A DNA stretch of 64,000 bases from a bacterium HR35 (GCA_002898235.1 BEIL01000003.1:2264-66263); one strand, 5' to 3'; counted from the stretch's first letter, positions 36,934-47,760 are shown. The notes: generated by a model not told the origin, from the letters alone. A program made the numbers and translations.

Positions 36934-38185
36934 TTTCTCTTAATTTACGATGATATTTTACCACAAATTGATGAGCTTTTAAGTCAAGCAATTTTAGAAA
37001 TTCAGCTGTTTCTCGAGAGAAGTTTTTAAGAGAAAGCGGCGGTTTTTTTTCATCATAATAAATTTCTTCTTTGGGCTTAGCAAAGGAAATGATTTTAATT
37101 TTTTCGTCAAGTTCGGCTTCTTTAAGAGCTTGAAAAGCAAATTTCCATTGAATTTTACCTCCGTCAATTAAAATTAAATTAGGATATCCCCATTCAGGAT
37201 GATTAAATCTTCTTTTTAAAACTTCATAAATCATTCTTGGGTCATCTGGTTTTAAAACTGTTTTTATTTTAAATCTTCTAATTTTTGAAGGATTTAAAAA
37301 GCCTTCATAGAAGGAAACAAGAATTCCAACTTTAAAACTGCCTGTAAAGTGAGAGATGTCATAAACTTCAATAATTCGGGGGATATCTGGTAAATTAAAT
37401 TTTTCTTTTAATTCCAAAAGAGTTTTTCTTCTTTTATTTTCTAAAAAGAAGGGATCTTGTCCTAGGATTTGAACTTCTTCTTCTATTTTTTTAATAGCTA
37501 AGTATGTGTCTTGAAGTTTTTTAGCCAAAATTAAGTTATCTTCTGTTAATAATTTTTTCATCTCCTCTAATAATTCTTTTTTAAGATTTTTAAAATCTCC
37601 TTTAAGAATTTTTTCAACGATTTTCAAGTTTTCATAATATTTCTTTCTATCAGCTAAAGTTGGTCGAACTTCTTTAAGACAACAAAAACCAAAACACAAA
37701 CCCAAAGAGGCATTTAGACATTCTCTTAAATGGTTTTCTCGACAAGTACAAAAGGGAATTTTTTTTCTAATTATTTGAAGAAGTTGACGCAAAGCTTTTC
37801 CTTCAGAAAATGGACCGAAAATTTTAAAAAATTTAAATTTAGTCGGTTGATGAGTTAAATAAATTCGCGGAAATTTTTCTTGAGTAAAAATAATATAAAA
37901 ATAATTAGTATCGTCTCGAAGAAGTTGATTATAAACAGGATTTAGTTTTTTAATAAGGTCGCTTTCTTTAAAAATAGCTTCAGCTTCTGTCGGGGTTACT
38001 AAAATTTCTAAATCCTTAGCTTCTGTTAAAAGTTGTTTAACTTTCAGGCTAGGGTTTTTAAAATAGGAAGCGATTCTTTTTTTCAAATCTTTTGCTTTGC
38101 CTATATAAAGAACCTTACCAGATTCATCTTTAAAAAGATAAACTCCAGGTTTTTGAGGAATAGTTTTTAAATCAATTTTTATCAT
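36917..38185 (-). CDS. uvrC: Excinuclease ABC subunit C (short form, no HhH)
   Basis: PGVYLF..YIGKAKDLKKRIASYF GIY-YIG; IEVYDISH, LILIDGGKIQ. Confidence 0.9.
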   Translation of the reverse strand: MIKIDLKTIPQKPGVYLFKDESGKVLYIGKAKDLKKRIASYFKNPSLKVKQLLTEAKDLEILVTPTEAEAIFKESDLIKKLNPVYNQLLRDDTNYFYIIFTQEKFPRIYLTHQPTKFKFFKIFGPFSEGKALRQLLQIIRKKIPFCTCRENHLRECLNASLGLCFGFCCLKEVRPTLADRKKYYENLKIVEKILKGDFKNLKKELLEEMKKLLTEDNLILAKKLQDTYLAIKKIEEEVQILGQDPFFLENKRRKTLLELKEKFNLPDIPRIIEVYDISHFTGSFKVGILVSFYEGFLNPSKIRRFKIKTVLKPDDPRMIYEVLKRRFNHPEWGYPNLILIDGGKIQWKFAFQALKEAELDEKIKIISFAKPKEEIYYDEKKPPLSLKNFSRETAEFLKLLDLKAHQFVVKYHRKLRENERLN

Positions 38186-38186
38186 T

Positions 38187-39734
38187 TTAGATCAACCAAG
38201 GTAAAAGAGATTTTCCTTGAAAAAAGTTTTGGTATTTATCTAAAACGCCATAAAGGTCTAAAATTGTTGGTAAGACAAAAGTTAGATCTCCTAAAATTTC
38301 TTCTCTCCGAGGAATTTCTTTTTCCCATTCTTTAGAAATTAAATAGAAAGGAACTGGACTAAAATTGTGAGAAGTGTCTTTTGTTCCTTTTGAAAGATCA
38401 ATCATTTTTTCAATATTTCCGTGATCGGAGGTAATTATTAAAAGCCAATTCTCTTTCTTAATTAATTCAATAAATTCACTAAGCTTTTCACTTAAGTAAT
38501 CAATTGCCTTAACTGCTTTATTAAAATCGCCTAAATGACCAAAAAAATCAAACAAAGAGAGATTAGCTAAAATAAAATGAAAACTTTTGTCCCTAATAAT
38601 TAATTTTAAATAATTAAAGATTTCATCGGTTATCGTAAAAGCATTTTCTTCTGAATCTATAGCTGGTAAGATTTTTATTATTTCATTGAGGTGTTCTTCA
38701 TCGATTAAACCATTCAAATAATAGGTAATATGTTTTTTTCTAGTCTCATCAGTAATCTTAAACTGCCTTAAACCAATTTCAGAGATAATTCGAGAAAGAT
38801 TGGAACGAATTTTTTCTTGAGGAAAAATAGCTAATTGAGGTAAATCTTCAAAATAATCAACTAAAGTTAAAATTAAAAGATTTTCTTTAGAAGGACGAGG
38901 GAATTCTTGAAAATTGGGATCGAGAAAAGCTCGAGCTAATTGTTTGATTTTTTGATTTTCAAAATTAAAAAAAATAACAATATCATTATCTCTAATAATT
39001 CCTTTTTCTTCTAAAATAACTGGCTCGAGCATATCTTCTTTGAAATTTGGGTCTTTTGTTTTTTCTTGGAGAAATTCTTCTAAATTATTTATCTTTGTAC
39101 CTATTCCTTGAACTAAAGCCAAAAAGGCTCTTTGGGTTCTTAAATAATAGTTTTGAGAAGCATCCAAGGCATAAAAACGACCAATTAGAGTAGCGATTTT
39201 TCCTGGCAACTTTCTTTCTTTTAATTCTTTTAAGAAGTTAGGAATTAAATTTAAACTTGATTTTGGAGGTGAATAAGTACTATCCAAAAAGAAGTGAAAG
39301 AAAATTTCTTTTAATTGATAAGCTTTAAAATCCTCCAAAAAAGCAAAAAGATGATTAAGATCAGCCTCAACTGGTGATTGGTTTAAAGTTAAAAGAAAAT
39401 GAATACGAGAATTGTAATTAAAATAAAATTCAATAATTTTCTTAATTATTTGGTTATTTTTAATTTCTCCTTTTTCAATAGCTAAATCGATTCTAACTTT
39501 GGGGGTAAAATTGATAATTCCGGTTCCTAAGGTTAAATGACCTTGTTCGCAATTTCCTGGTTCAGTCACTGGCAAGCCAACAGAAAAACCACTTGCTTGA
39601 AGATAACAAAAGGGGTATTTTTTCTTAAGTTCTTCAAAAATATTTTTCTTAGCCAATCTAAAAGGATTGGAGATATTATTCTCTCCTTTTCCTAAGCCAT
39701 CAATTATTAAAAGACAAAGATAAGGTTTTTTCAT
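38187..39734 (-). CDS. gpmI: 2,3-bisphosphoglycerate-independent phosphoglycerate mutase homolog (degenerate active site)
   Basis: LIIDGLG, LQASGFSVGLP, GRFYALD, ITSDHGNIE, TSHNFSPVP; catalytic GNSEVGH reads GNCEQGH. Confidence 0.8.
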   Translation of the reverse strand: MKKPYLCLLIIDGLGKGENNISNPFRLAKKNIFEELKKKYPFCYLQASGFSVGLPVTEPGNCEQGHLTLGTGIINFTPKVRIDLAIEKGEIKNNQIIKKIIEFYFNYNSRIHFLLTLNQSPVEADLNHLFAFLEDFKAYQLKEIFFHFFLDSTYSPPKSSLNLIPNFLKELKERKLPGKIATLIGRFYALDASQNYYLRTQRAFLALVQGIGTKINNLEEFLQEKTKDPNFKEDMLEPVILEEKGIIRDNDIVIFFNFENQKIKQLARAFLDPNFQEFPRPSKENLLILTLVDYFEDLPQLAIFPQEKIRSNLSRIISEIGLRQFKITDETRKKHITYYLNGLIDEEHLNEIIKILPAIDSEENAFTITDEIFNYLKLIIRDKSFHFILANLSLFDFFGHLGDFNKAVKAIDYLSEKLSEFIELIKKENWLLIITSDHGNIEKMIDLSKGTKDTSHNFSPVPFYLISKEWEKEIPRREEILGDLTFVLPTILDLYGVLDKYQNFFQGKSLLPWLI

Positions 39735-39810
39735 TAAATTAGTTTAAAATTTAAAAAGATTTTAATTTTATTTTACCATCTAGAAGGTCGAAATCTTTAG
39801 TTTTTAAAAA

Positions 39811-41328
39811 ATGAATTTAGAACAAATTGCTGCTGGTATTTTAATAGGTATTATTTTAGGTTTTTTGTTAAGACAATTTTTATCGATTAGACTAAAACTT
39901 AAAGCAGAAAAGGAGATTGAAGCTGAAATAGCTAATCTTCAGAAAAAGAAAGAAGAAATTTTGGAAGAAGCCAAAAAAGCTTCACTCGAAATTATTGAAG
40001 GAGCAAAAAAGGAAAGAGAAAGATTATTGAGTGATTTGCAACAAAAAGAAGATCGGCTTTTTCAAAAGGAGAAAATTCTTGATGAAAAAGAGGCTAATTT
40101 AATTGAAAAGGAAAGAATTTTCCAAGAGGGTTTAAAAAAGATTGAAGAAAAAGAAAGAATTTTGAATGAAAAAGAAAAGGAATTAATAGCCGAACTTGAA
40201 AAAATAAGCGGTCTTAAAAAAGAAGAGGCTTTAGAACTTCTTTTCAAAAAAATAGAAAAAGATTATGAAGAGGATATTTTTCGAGCTTTAAGCAAACTAA
40301 GAAAAAACTTAAAGGAAGCAGTTGAAGAAGAAGCAAAAAAAATTATTGTCGAAACCATTCCTCGCTACGCTAAAAGCGTAGTTAGCGAAATTACAACTAC
40401 AATTATTAGATTACCAACCGAAGAAATGAAAGGTAGAATTATTGGTAAAGAAGGAAGAAATATTAAGCATTTTGAAAATTTAACAGGAGTTGAGCTTATT
40501 ATTGACGAAACTCCAGATATTATTACTCTTTCTTCTTTTGATCCAGTTAGAAGAGAGATAGCGAGAATTGCTTTAGAAAAATTAATTAAAGATGGCCGAA
40601 TTAATCCGGCAACAATTGAAGAAAAAATAGCCGAAGCAAAAAAAGAGATTGAAAAAGAAATTGAAGAAGCAGGAAAACTAGCTAGTTATGAAGTTGGAAT
40701 TTTCGATTTGCCTCAAGAAATTCTTCTTTTAATGGGAAGATTAAAATTTAGATATAGTTATGGACAAAATGTTCTTAATCATTCAATTGAAGTTGCTACT
40801 TTTGCTCGAATGATAGCTGAGGAATTAAATTTAGATGCTACTGTAGCTAAAAAAGCTGGCTTTTTGCATGATATTGGTAAAGCAGTTACTCATGAAATTG
40901 GCGGAAATCATTTAGAAATAGGAATAAGAATTTTAGAAAAATATAATATTGATGAAAAAGTAATCTTAGCTATGAGGTCTCATCATGAAACTTATCCTTT
41001 TGCTATTCCAGAAGCTTATATTGTTTTGGCAGCTGACATAATTTCTGGCGCTAGGCCAGGAGCTCGAAGAGAAACAATTGAAATTTATCTTCAAAGACTT
41101 CAAGAATTGGAAAAAATTGCTTACTCTTTTGAGGGTGTAGAAAAGGCTTTTGCTATTCATGGAGGCCGGGAGTTAAGGGTCTTTGTAGTAGCCGATAAAG
41201 TTTCTGATCTGGAAATGTTTAATTTAGCTAAAGAAATTGCCTCTAAAATTGAGAGAGAATTGACTTATCCTGGTGAAATTAAAGTGGTAGTAATTAGAGA
41301 AAATAGGGCTATTGAGTATGCTAGGTAA
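39811..41328 (+). CDS. rny: Ribonuclease Y
   Basis: TM + coiled coil, KH MKGRIIGKEGRNI, HD domain LHDIGK, SGARPGAR, YPGEIKV. Confidence 0.97.
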   Translation: MNLEQIAAGILIGIILGFLLRQFLSIRLKLKAEKEIEAEIANLQKKKEEILEEAKKASLEIIEGAKKERERLLSDLQQKEDRLFQKEKILDEKEANLIEKERIFQEGLKKIEEKERILNEKEKELIAELEKISGLKKEEALELLFKKIEKDYEEDIFRALSKLRKNLKEAVEEEAKKIIVETIPRYAKSVVSEITTTIIRLPTEEMKGRIIGKEGRNIKHFENLTGVELIIDETPDIITLSSFDPVRREIARIALEKLIKDGRINPATIEEKIAEAKKEIEKEIEEAGKLASYEVGIFDLPQEILLLMGRLKFRYSYGQNVLNHSIEVATFARMIAEELNLDATVAKKAGFLHDIGKAVTHEIGGNHLEIGIRILEKYNIDEKVILAMRSHHETYPFAIPEAYIVLAADIISGARPGARRETIEIYLQRLQELEKIAYSFEGVEKAFAIHGGRELRVFVVADKVSDLEMFNLAKEIASKIERELTYPGEIKVVVIRENRAIEYAR

Positions 41329-41398
41329 ATTTTGGTTTTTTTATTTTTTAGGATAAAATTTTATTAATCAGGGTCGGATTAAAGAATTAATTTTAAAA

Positions 41399-41692
41399 AT
41401 GGCAAGAAATTCAAATATCCTTAAATTGAATGACTTAGCTAAAAAAATGGCCGAAAAATTTAATATGACTAAAAAAGATGCAACTGATGTTTTAAATTTT
41501 CTTGTTTCTGAAATAACTGGGGCTCTGAAATCTGGCCAACAAGTTAAGTTAGCAGGCTTAGGAACATTCAAAGTTAGAGAAAGAAAAGCTCGCGTAGCCA
41601 TCAATCCTAAAACAGGCGAAAAAGTAAATGTTCCAGCTACCCGCGTGCCTAAATTCACCCCTGCTAAAGACCTTAAAGAAGCAGTTAAATAA
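41399..41692 (+). CDS. hup: DNA-binding protein HU
   Basis: GLGTFKVRERKARVAINPKTGE..VPKFTPAKDLKEAV. Confidence 0.95.
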   Translation: MARNSNILKLNDLAKKMAEKFNMTKKDATDVLNFLVSEITGALKSGQQVKLAGLGTFKVRERKARVAINPKTGEKVNVPATRVPKFTPAKDLKEAVK

Positions 41693-41724
41693 AATAAGTT
41701 TTTTAATTGAAAAAGAGATTTTTC

Positions 41725-42687
41725 ATGAAAAAAGTTTTTCTTATCTTAGGCAATGATTTAATTTTGATTGAAGAAAAAATAAAAGAAAAAAGTCAAAGTT
41801 ACAAAATTTATTCTTTTAAAGAAAATAAAAAAAGGGAGGAAAATAAAAATCTCGAAATCTTAAATAGCCTTCTTCAAGAACTTAATTATCGACTTTTTAC
41901 TAGTAAAGAAGATATTGTTCTTAAAAATTTAAATTACTTAACTCCTCAAGAAAAAGAAAAATTAATTTATCTTCTAAAAATAAATAAACAAATAAATTTT
42001 TTTCTTATTTTTAATGATGAAAAAATATTTGAAGAGTTTAAAATTTTGCTTAGAAAAGAAAAAATTGATTTTGAGGATTTAAATTTAAATTTTAAATGGC
42101 AATTTCAATTTAAAAAAATTATTGAAGAAGAACTTAAAAAACTTAAAATTAAATTACCTCCAGAAGTTATTAATTTTCTTTTAGATAATTATAAAAACGA
42201 TTTTTCTTTATTTTTTCAAGATCTTAAAAAAATTAAATATTACCAGCTAGAGGGGGAAATTTCTCTTGAAGAATTCAAAAATCTTCTTCAATCAACTACT
42301 AACGAATTTCAAATTCAAGAAAGTTTTTTATCTTTAAACTTTCCGGTTTTCCTTAAAAGATTTAAAAAATATATTTATTCTCTTCAAACAGAGGGTTATG
42401 AAAAGAAGAAAGAAAAGGTAGAAAGTTTAATTTATAATCTATTATTCGGCGCTTTGCTTAAAATTTATTTTTTAAAACAAAATAACCAAAAATTTAAAAT
42501 CGAAGGCAACCCTTATTATCTTCAAAAACTCAAAGAATATTCACAAAAATTAGATTTTAAAACTATAAAATTTTTAATTAAGGTTTTAGCTTTAACCGAC
42601 AAAAAAATTAAAAAGTTTTATCTCCAACCAAAAGATATTCCCGAAGAAATTGTTTTTAATTTTTATTTTCACCAAAAGTTTGATTAA
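41725..42687 (+). CDS. holA: DNA polymerase III delta subunit-like protein
   Basis: Size, FLILGND start, LF motif, ALTDKKIK end and convergent position with rpsT; highly diverged. Confidence 0.55.
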   Translation: MKKVFLILGNDLILIEEKIKEKSQSYKIYSFKENKKREENKNLEILNSLLQELNYRLFTSKEDIVLKNLNYLTPQEKEKLIYLLKINKQINFFLIFNDEKIFEEFKILLRKEKIDFEDLNLNFKWQFQFKKIIEEELKKLKIKLPPEVINFLLDNYKNDFSLFFQDLKKIKYYQLEGEISLEEFKNLLQSTTNEFQIQESFLSLNFPVFLKRFKKYIYSLQTEGYEKKKEKVESLIYNLLFGALLKIYFLKQNNQKFKIEGNPYYLQKLKEYSQKLDFKTIKFLIKVLALTDKKIKKFYLQPKDIPEEIVFNFYFHQKFD

Positions 42688-42931
42688 AAATTTTAGCGTA
42701 TTTAGCTTTAAGCCTAGCAGCCTTATTTTTATGAATAAATCTTTTAGCTCCTTTGTCTATTGATTTATAAACCAAAGCCAGATATTTTTTTGCTTCTTCT
42801 TTTTTCTTTTCTTTAACTGCTTTTAAAAAATTTTTAACAGCTATTTTTATTTCCCTTCTTCTTCTTTCATTAAAATACCAATTTCTTAAAGCTTTTTTAA
42901 GAGCTCTTTTAGCTGATTTGGTTACTGGCAT
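42656..42931 (-). CDS. rpsT: 30S ribosomal protein S20
   Basis: MPVTKSAKRAL..IDKGAK..IHKNKAARLK. Confidence 0.93.
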   Translation of the reverse strand: MPVTKSAKRALKKALRNWYFNERRRREIKIAVKNFLKAVKEKKKEEAKKYLALVYKSIDKGAKRFIHKNKAARLKAKYAKIFNQTFGENKN

Positions 42932-42933
42932 AG

Positions 42934-43983
42934 TTAGTTATTTTTAAGATCGTCCCTAATTTTTTTAATTAAATCTTTATGTTCTTTTTTAAGCCTAGGA
43001 AAATGATAATTAATTTTAAGATAAAGATCGCCACCAAATAGTCCTAACCCTTTGATTCTAATTGGTTCATTTTCTTCTACAGGTAAGGAGACTTTTATTT
43101 TAGCATCAAAAAAATTAATTTCCAAATAATTATTTAAAAAGACATCTAAAACATTTAAACGGTAATTTAAAAGTAAATCCCGGTCATTGATTATTTCAAT
43201 TTGAGGCAGATTGCTTTTAACTTTGAGCTTAATAACCAAGTCACCCTTAACTCCTTTTCCTTCATGTCCTAAATTTTTAAAAATCAATTTACTCGAATTG
43301 GCTTTAGATGGTATTTTAACATTATAATCTACTTTTTCATAAACAAAGCCGTTTCCTTGACATAACTTACAAGGTTTTTCTGGCAAATAACCTTCACCTC
43401 GACAAACTGGACAAGTTTTTAATTCTTCAAATAAAAAAGAACCCAAAAATGAAGAGGAATGAGTTACTTTTCCTCGGCCTTGACAATTACTACAAATTAT
43501 TTTCTTTTTAGTCTCCGAACCAGTTCCTTCACACAAAGAACAAATTTTTTCTTTTTTGTAAAAAACTCTTTTTTGAGTTCCCTGAAAATATTCTTCTAAA
43601 TTAAGCTCCAAATCTAAGTAAATATTATAATCTCGTTTTTTCTTTTCTTCAAAGAATTTGCCAAAGATTTCACTAAATTCATCCTCAAAGAAAAATTTTT
43701 TTAAATAATCCTCAAGATCAGTAAATAAATTAAAAGTAAAGTCAAAACCAGGACTAGTGAAATCAAAGCCGGTTTTTGTTTGCCATTTTCTTTGAGCATC
43801 ATATTCTTTTCTTAACTTAGGATCAGACAAAACTCTATAAGCTTCTAAAATTTCTTTGAATTTTTCTTGGTCACCACCAGGAGCATCTGGGTGATATTTT
43901 TTTGCTAATTCTCGAAAAGCTTTTTTTATTTCTTCTGGAGAAGCATTTTCGGGTACCCCTAAAATTCCATAGTAATCTTTCAT
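42934..43983 (-). CDS. dnaJ: Chaperone DnaJ
   Basis: J-domain with HPD, G/F region, four CxxCxGxG repeats. Confidence 0.95.
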   Translation of the reverse strand: MKDYYGILGVPENASPEEIKKAFRELAKKYHPDAPGGDQEKFKEILEAYRVLSDPKLRKEYDAQRKWQTKTGFDFTSPGFDFTFNLFTDLEDYLKKFFFEDEFSEIFGKFFEEKKKRDYNIYLDLELNLEEYFQGTQKRVFYKKEKICSLCEGTGSETKKKIICSNCQGRGKVTHSSSFLGSFLFEELKTCPVCRGEGYLPEKPCKLCQGNGFVYEKVDYNVKIPSKANSSKLIFKNLGHEGKGVKGDLVIKLKVKSNLPQIEIINDRDLLLNYRLNVLDVFLNNYLEINFFDAKIKVSLPVEENEPIRIKGLGLFGGDLYLKINYHFPRLKKEHKDLIKKIRDDLKNN

Positions 43984-45800
43984 TATGAACTTTGAGCTTG
44001 ACCGTAAAAGCTTCGACCAATTTCTGAAAGAAGCTCATTTAATTCTTTTATTTTAGCTTCGATTTCTTCTGCTGAGCTAGCTTTATCAATAAGTTCATTA
44101 AGCTCATTTATTTTATTTCTTATTTTTTCTTGAAGATCGGGTGCTATTTTATCTTTGTACTCATTTAAAATTTTTTCTGCTTGGTAAACTAAATTATTTG
44201 CTTGAACTTTAACTTCGGCTAATTTTCTCTTCATCATATCCTGGGCAGCATATTCTTCGGCTTCTTTCTTGAGCTTTTCAATTTCTTCTTTAGAAAGATT
44301 AACAGAATTAGTAATTTTAACTGATTGGGAGCGACCAGTAGCTTTATCAACAGCAGTCACTGTTAAAATTCCATTAATATCAACATCAAAAGTAACCTCT
44401 ATTTGAGGAACGCCTCGTGGTGCTGGAGGAATACCATCGAGAACAAATCGAGCTAAAGTTTTGTTATCTTGAGCCATCGGCCTTTCTCCTTGAACTACAT
44501 GAATTTCTACTTGGGTTTGATTATCAGTAGCGGTAGTAAAAATTTCTTTTTTGGAGGTTGGAATAGGAGTATTTTTAGGAATCATTGGATGAGCTAAACC
44601 GCCTAAAACTTCAATAGCCAAGGTTAAAGGCACCACATCAATAAGTAAAATTTCTCTAATTTCTCCTTGTAAAATACCAGCTTGAATAGCTGCACCAATA
44701 GCTACTACTTCGTCAGGATTAATATCTTTTTTAGGGTCTTTGCCAAAAAATTCTTTAACTTTCTGTTGAATTAAAGGCATTCTAGTTTGACCACCAACCA
44801 AAATAATTTCATCAATTTCTTCCTTTTTAAATCCAGCCTGATCTAAAGTTTCTTTAACTAGTTCAATTGAACGTTCAACTAAATCTCGAGTTAGGTCTTC
44901 GAGTTGTTTTCTTGTTAGTTTATAGTAAAGATGTTTAGGACCCGAGGGAGTAGAAGTAATGAAGGGTAAATTAATTTCAGTTTCATAAAGAGAAGATAAT
45001 TCTTGTTTGGCTTTTTCAGCTGCTTCTTTTAATCTTTGAAGAGCTAAAACATCTTCTCTTAAATCAACCCCTTCTTCTTTTTTAAACCATTCAATCAAAA
45101 AATTAATAATCCGGTTATCAAAATCATCACCACCCAAAAAGGTATCGCCACCAATAGCTTTAGTTTCAATAATATTATCGCCAACTTCGAGAATGGATAT
45201 ATCAAAAGTTCCTCCACCAAAATCATAAACCAAAATCTTAGCATTTAATTTTTTATCCAAGCCATAAGCCAAAGCAGCTGCAGTTGGTTCAGGCAAAAGT
45301 CTTCTAACATTAAAACCAGCTATTTCACCAGCTGCTTTAGTAGCCGCTCTTTGAGAATCGTTAAAATAAGCAGGACAAGTAATAACTGCCTCTTCGATTT
45401 TTTCTCCTAATTTTTCTTCAACATCTAGTTTAATCTTTTGAAGAACCATAGCGGAAATTTCTTCTGGTTTATACCAGCGGTCTCCCATTTTAACCTCAAC
45501 TCCACCATTTTCAGCTTCTCGAATTTCATAAGGAAGAATTTTTTTAGCTTTTTGAACTTCCTCTTCGTTATATCTTCTTCCAATTAATCTTTTAACAGAA
45601 AAAATAGTATTTTTAGGATTAGTAATTGCTTGCCTTTTAGCTAAAATCCCTACTAATCTTTCACCGCTTTTAGAAATAGCCACCACCGATGGGGTCAAGC
45701 GGGAACCTTCTCTATTTTCTAGTACTCGAGGAACACCAGCTTCAACAACAGCTACTACTGAATTAGTTGTTCCTAAATCAATACCAATAATTCTTCCCAT
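43983..45800 (-). CDS. dnaK: Chaperone DnaK
   Basis: [42 protein letters not shown]. Confidence 0.99.
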   Translation of the reverse strand: MGRIIGIDLGTTNSVVAVVEAGVPRVLENREGSRLTPSVVAISKSGERLVGILAKRQAITNPKNTIFSVKRLIGRRYNEEEVQKAKKILPYEIREAENGGVEVKMGDRWYKPEEISAMVLQKIKLDVEEKLGEKIEEAVITCPAYFNDSQRAATKAAGEIAGFNVRRLLPEPTAAALAYGLDKKLNAKILVYDFGGGTFDISILEVGDNIIETKAIGGDTFLGGDDFDNRIINFLIEWFKKEEGVDLREDVLALQRLKEAAEKAKQELSSLYETEINLPFITSTPSGPKHLYYKLTRKQLEDLTRDLVERSIELVKETLDQAGFKKEEIDEIILVGGQTRMPLIQQKVKEFFGKDPKKDINPDEVVAIGAAIQAGILQGEIREILLIDVVPLTLAIEVLGGLAHPMIPKNTPIPTSKKEIFTTATDNQTQVEIHVVQGERPMAQDNKTLARFVLDGIPPAPRGVPQIEVTFDVDINGILTVTAVDKATGRSQSVKITNSVNLSKEEIEKLKKEAEEYAAQDMMKRKLAEVKVQANNLVYQAEKILNEYKDKIAPDLQEKIRNKINELNELIDKASSAEEIEAKIKELNELLSEIGRSFYGQAQSS

Positions 45801-45801
45801 T

Positions 45802-46311
45802 TTAGTGAGAAATAGTTTTAACTCTTGCCGGCCTTAAAAGACGACCTTTTAAAAAATAACCCTTACTATAAACCTCAACAATTAAACCTTCATCAGAGCC
45901 ATCACAATTTTCTTTAGAACAACTTTCGCTTGTAACTGTTTCATGATAATTAGGATCGAATTTCATACCCAGAGGATTGATTTCTTCTAAGCCATATTTT
46001 TCTAAAATATCCTTTAGCTGAGAATAAATTAAGAAAAAGCCTTTATCAATTTCTTTGTCACTATATTTAGCAAAAGCTAATTCAAAAGAATCCAAAACAT
46101 TAAGTAAAGAATAAATAAGATTGGCATTAGCTATTTCTTCAAACTGCTTCATTTTCTCCTCATATTCAGTTTTAATTCTCAAGACATCATTTTTAGCCCT
46201 TAAAAGATTTTCTAAATATTGCTTTTTTTCTTTTTCCAAATCTTCAATTTTAGCCATCAATTCTTTGACTGTTTCTTCTAAAGCTGGTAATTTTTGTTCT
46301 TCTTCAGCCAT
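45802..46311 (-). CDS. grpE: Nucleotide exchange factor GrpE
   Basis: FDPNYHE, KGYFLKGRLLRPARV; located upstream of dnaK. Confidence 0.93.
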   Translation of the reverse strand: MAEEEQKLPALEETVKELMAKIEDLEKEKKQYLENLLRAKNDVLRIKTEYEEKMKQFEEIANANLIYSLLNVLDSFELAFAKYSDKEIDKGFFLIYSQLKDILEKYGLEEINPLGMKFDPNYHETVTSESCSKENCDGSDEGLIVEVYSKGYFLKGRLLRPARVKTISH

Positions 46312-46312
46312 T

Positions 46313-46945
46313 TTAAATTCTCTTTTTTATTTCATTTAAAAGCGACCAGAGGGTATGATAGTAATTTCTTTTTGGGCCTAAAAATAAATAGCTTCTTTTA
46401 GGTTGATTAACAAAACCTAAAGCTAATTCTCCTGTCTTAGAAATCTTTATTTCTTTTCCTATTTTAATCCCTATATCTTCTGAAATTAAATCAAAAGTAG
46501 ACAACAAATATTCAATCAAATCTAGGGCATCAACTAAGCTTTCTTTTTTCTGAGCTAAGCCATCAGCTAAATAATTTAATCCTTTCAAGAAGCTTTTTCT
46601 ATTCTCCTCGATAACTATTAAAGCGCTTCTTGAAAAATAAAGGTATTTTTTAATGCTTTCTTCCAAATTTTGGTAATTTAATTTTATTTCTGGATTTAAG
46701 TTAAAACCAAAAAGATAATACTTCCAACCTTTATCAGAGGGCAATCTACCCTTGAAATCATATGAATTAAGAATTAAACCTTTTTTAGCCAATCTTCGAA
46801 AATATAGCCTTAAGAGCGGAGGGGAAAATTTAAAATTTAATGTCTTGGCTAAATATTTAGAGCCAATAGGTCTATTTTTTTTAAGATAACATCTAACAAA
46901 ATGATAAAAGATAAATCTTTCTTTAGGTTGAAGCATTTTAATCAA
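46313..46945 (-). CDS. hrcA: Heat-inducible repressor HrcA (short, divergent)
   Basis: YLKKNRPIGSKYL..GRLPSDKGWKYY winged HTH; C-terminal IGKE..LGPKRNYY; located upstream of grpE. Confidence 0.8.
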   Translation of the reverse strand: MIKMLQPKERFIFYHFVRCYLKKNRPIGSKYLAKTLNFKFSPPLLRLYFRRLAKKGLILNSYDFKGRLPSDKGWKYYLFGFNLNPEIKLNYQNLEESIKKYLYFSRSALIVIEENRKSFLKGLNYLADGLAQKKESLVDALDLIEYLLSTFDLISEDIGIKIGKEIKISKTGELALGFVNQPKRSYLFLGPKRNYYHTLWSLLNEIKKRI

Positions 46946-47360
46946 TTTTAATTTCTTTTCCTTTTTGAGTTTCTTCTTTCTTTAATTTAGGCAAAACAAT
47001 TTCTAAAACTCCATCCTTAAGCCTAGCCTTAGCTTTTTCATAATCTACTTCGGCTAAAAGAGGGATAATTCTTCTAAAAGAGGCCTGCCTTCTTTCTTTT
47101 CGCCAATAATTTTTTTCTTCTTTTTCCTCGGTTTCAGTCTTTTTTCCTTCAACTACAAGATAACCATCTTCAAAATTTATTTTTAAATCTTCTTTTGTAA
47201 AACCAGGAACTTCCATATTAACAACGACCTCCTTTTCGGTTTCATAAACATCAACGGGATAAGAAGAAAAACGAAAGACTGGAAGGGGTAAAAATTCTTC
47301 TTCGGAAAAGAATTTTTCTAAAAATTCTTTAAAAGGATCCCATCTTTTAAGAAGAGCCAT
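46938..47360 (-). CDS. Hsp20/alpha-crystallin small heat-shock protein
   Basis: PVDVYET..EVPGFTKEDL..SFRRIIPL..AKARLKDGVLEIVLPK. Confidence 0.95.
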   Translation of the reverse strand: MALLKRWDPFKEFLEKFFSEEEFLPLPVFRFSSYPVDVYETEKEVVVNMEVPGFTKEDLKINFEDGYLVVEGKKTETEEKEEKNYWRKERRQASFRRIIPLLAEVDYEKAKARLKDGVLEIVLPKLKKEETQKGKEIKID

Positions 47361-47420
47361 TTCTTTTTTAATTTTTAATTCGACCTTTAATAAGAGTTAT
47401 TTTTGGTTATTTCTATATAT

Positions 47421-47461
47421 ATTATACTTCATTTATCACCTAGAGTTCAAGGGTGATAAAT
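47421..47461 (-). promoter_or_regulatory. Variant CIRCE operator overlapping the promoter of the hsp20-hrcA-grpE-dnaK-dnaJ operon
   Basis: Minus strand TTATCACCC-N9-AGGTGATAA (47459-47433; perfect 10-bp arms 47431-40/47452-61); TTGAAC (-35) inside the spacer, TATAAT (-10) at 47426-47421. Confidence 0.8.
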
Positions 47462-47535
47462 AACAATTTTTGAGAATTTTTGATTATAATTTAAAATATT
47501 AAAGAGGTCGTTAATTAAGAATATTTTTTAAGAGG

Positions 47536-47739
47536 ATGCAATTTCAAAATAAAAAAGTTATGTTAGCAGTTGTTGTTGCTGTTTTAGTTGTTTTAGCTGG
47601 TGTAACTTATTGGTTTTTCGGCCGAAAATCAGCTTCGGTCCCATCACCAAATTTACCTCCAGCTCCAGAGGTAGTTCCTCAAGAACCAACAGCAACAGAA
47701 ACCCCTTCTTCGCCAGCAACTCCTACTCCTCAGGAGTAA
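47536..47739 (+). CDS. Small single-TM protein with Pro/Thr-rich tail
   Basis: TM followed by PSPNLPPAPE..PTATETPSSPATPTP; has its own -10 and terminator. Confidence 0.75.
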   Translation: MQFQNKKVMLAVVVAVLVVLAGVTYWFFGRKSASVPSPNLPPAPEVVPQEPTATETPSSPATPTPQE

Positions 47740-47760
47740 TAAAAATTTAAAAAATTAAAA

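Noticed and set aside
41368-41658. Antisense ORF over hup; likewise 76-312, 3749-4087, 56738-57124, 62756-63181 and other short antisense/alternate-frame ORFs
   Set aside because: Lie within well-supported genes and show no recognisable motifs.
45842-45847. AGGTCG upstream of dnaK
   Set aside because: 41 nt from the ATG and explained by the conserved GrpE KGR codons; not counted as a motif instance.
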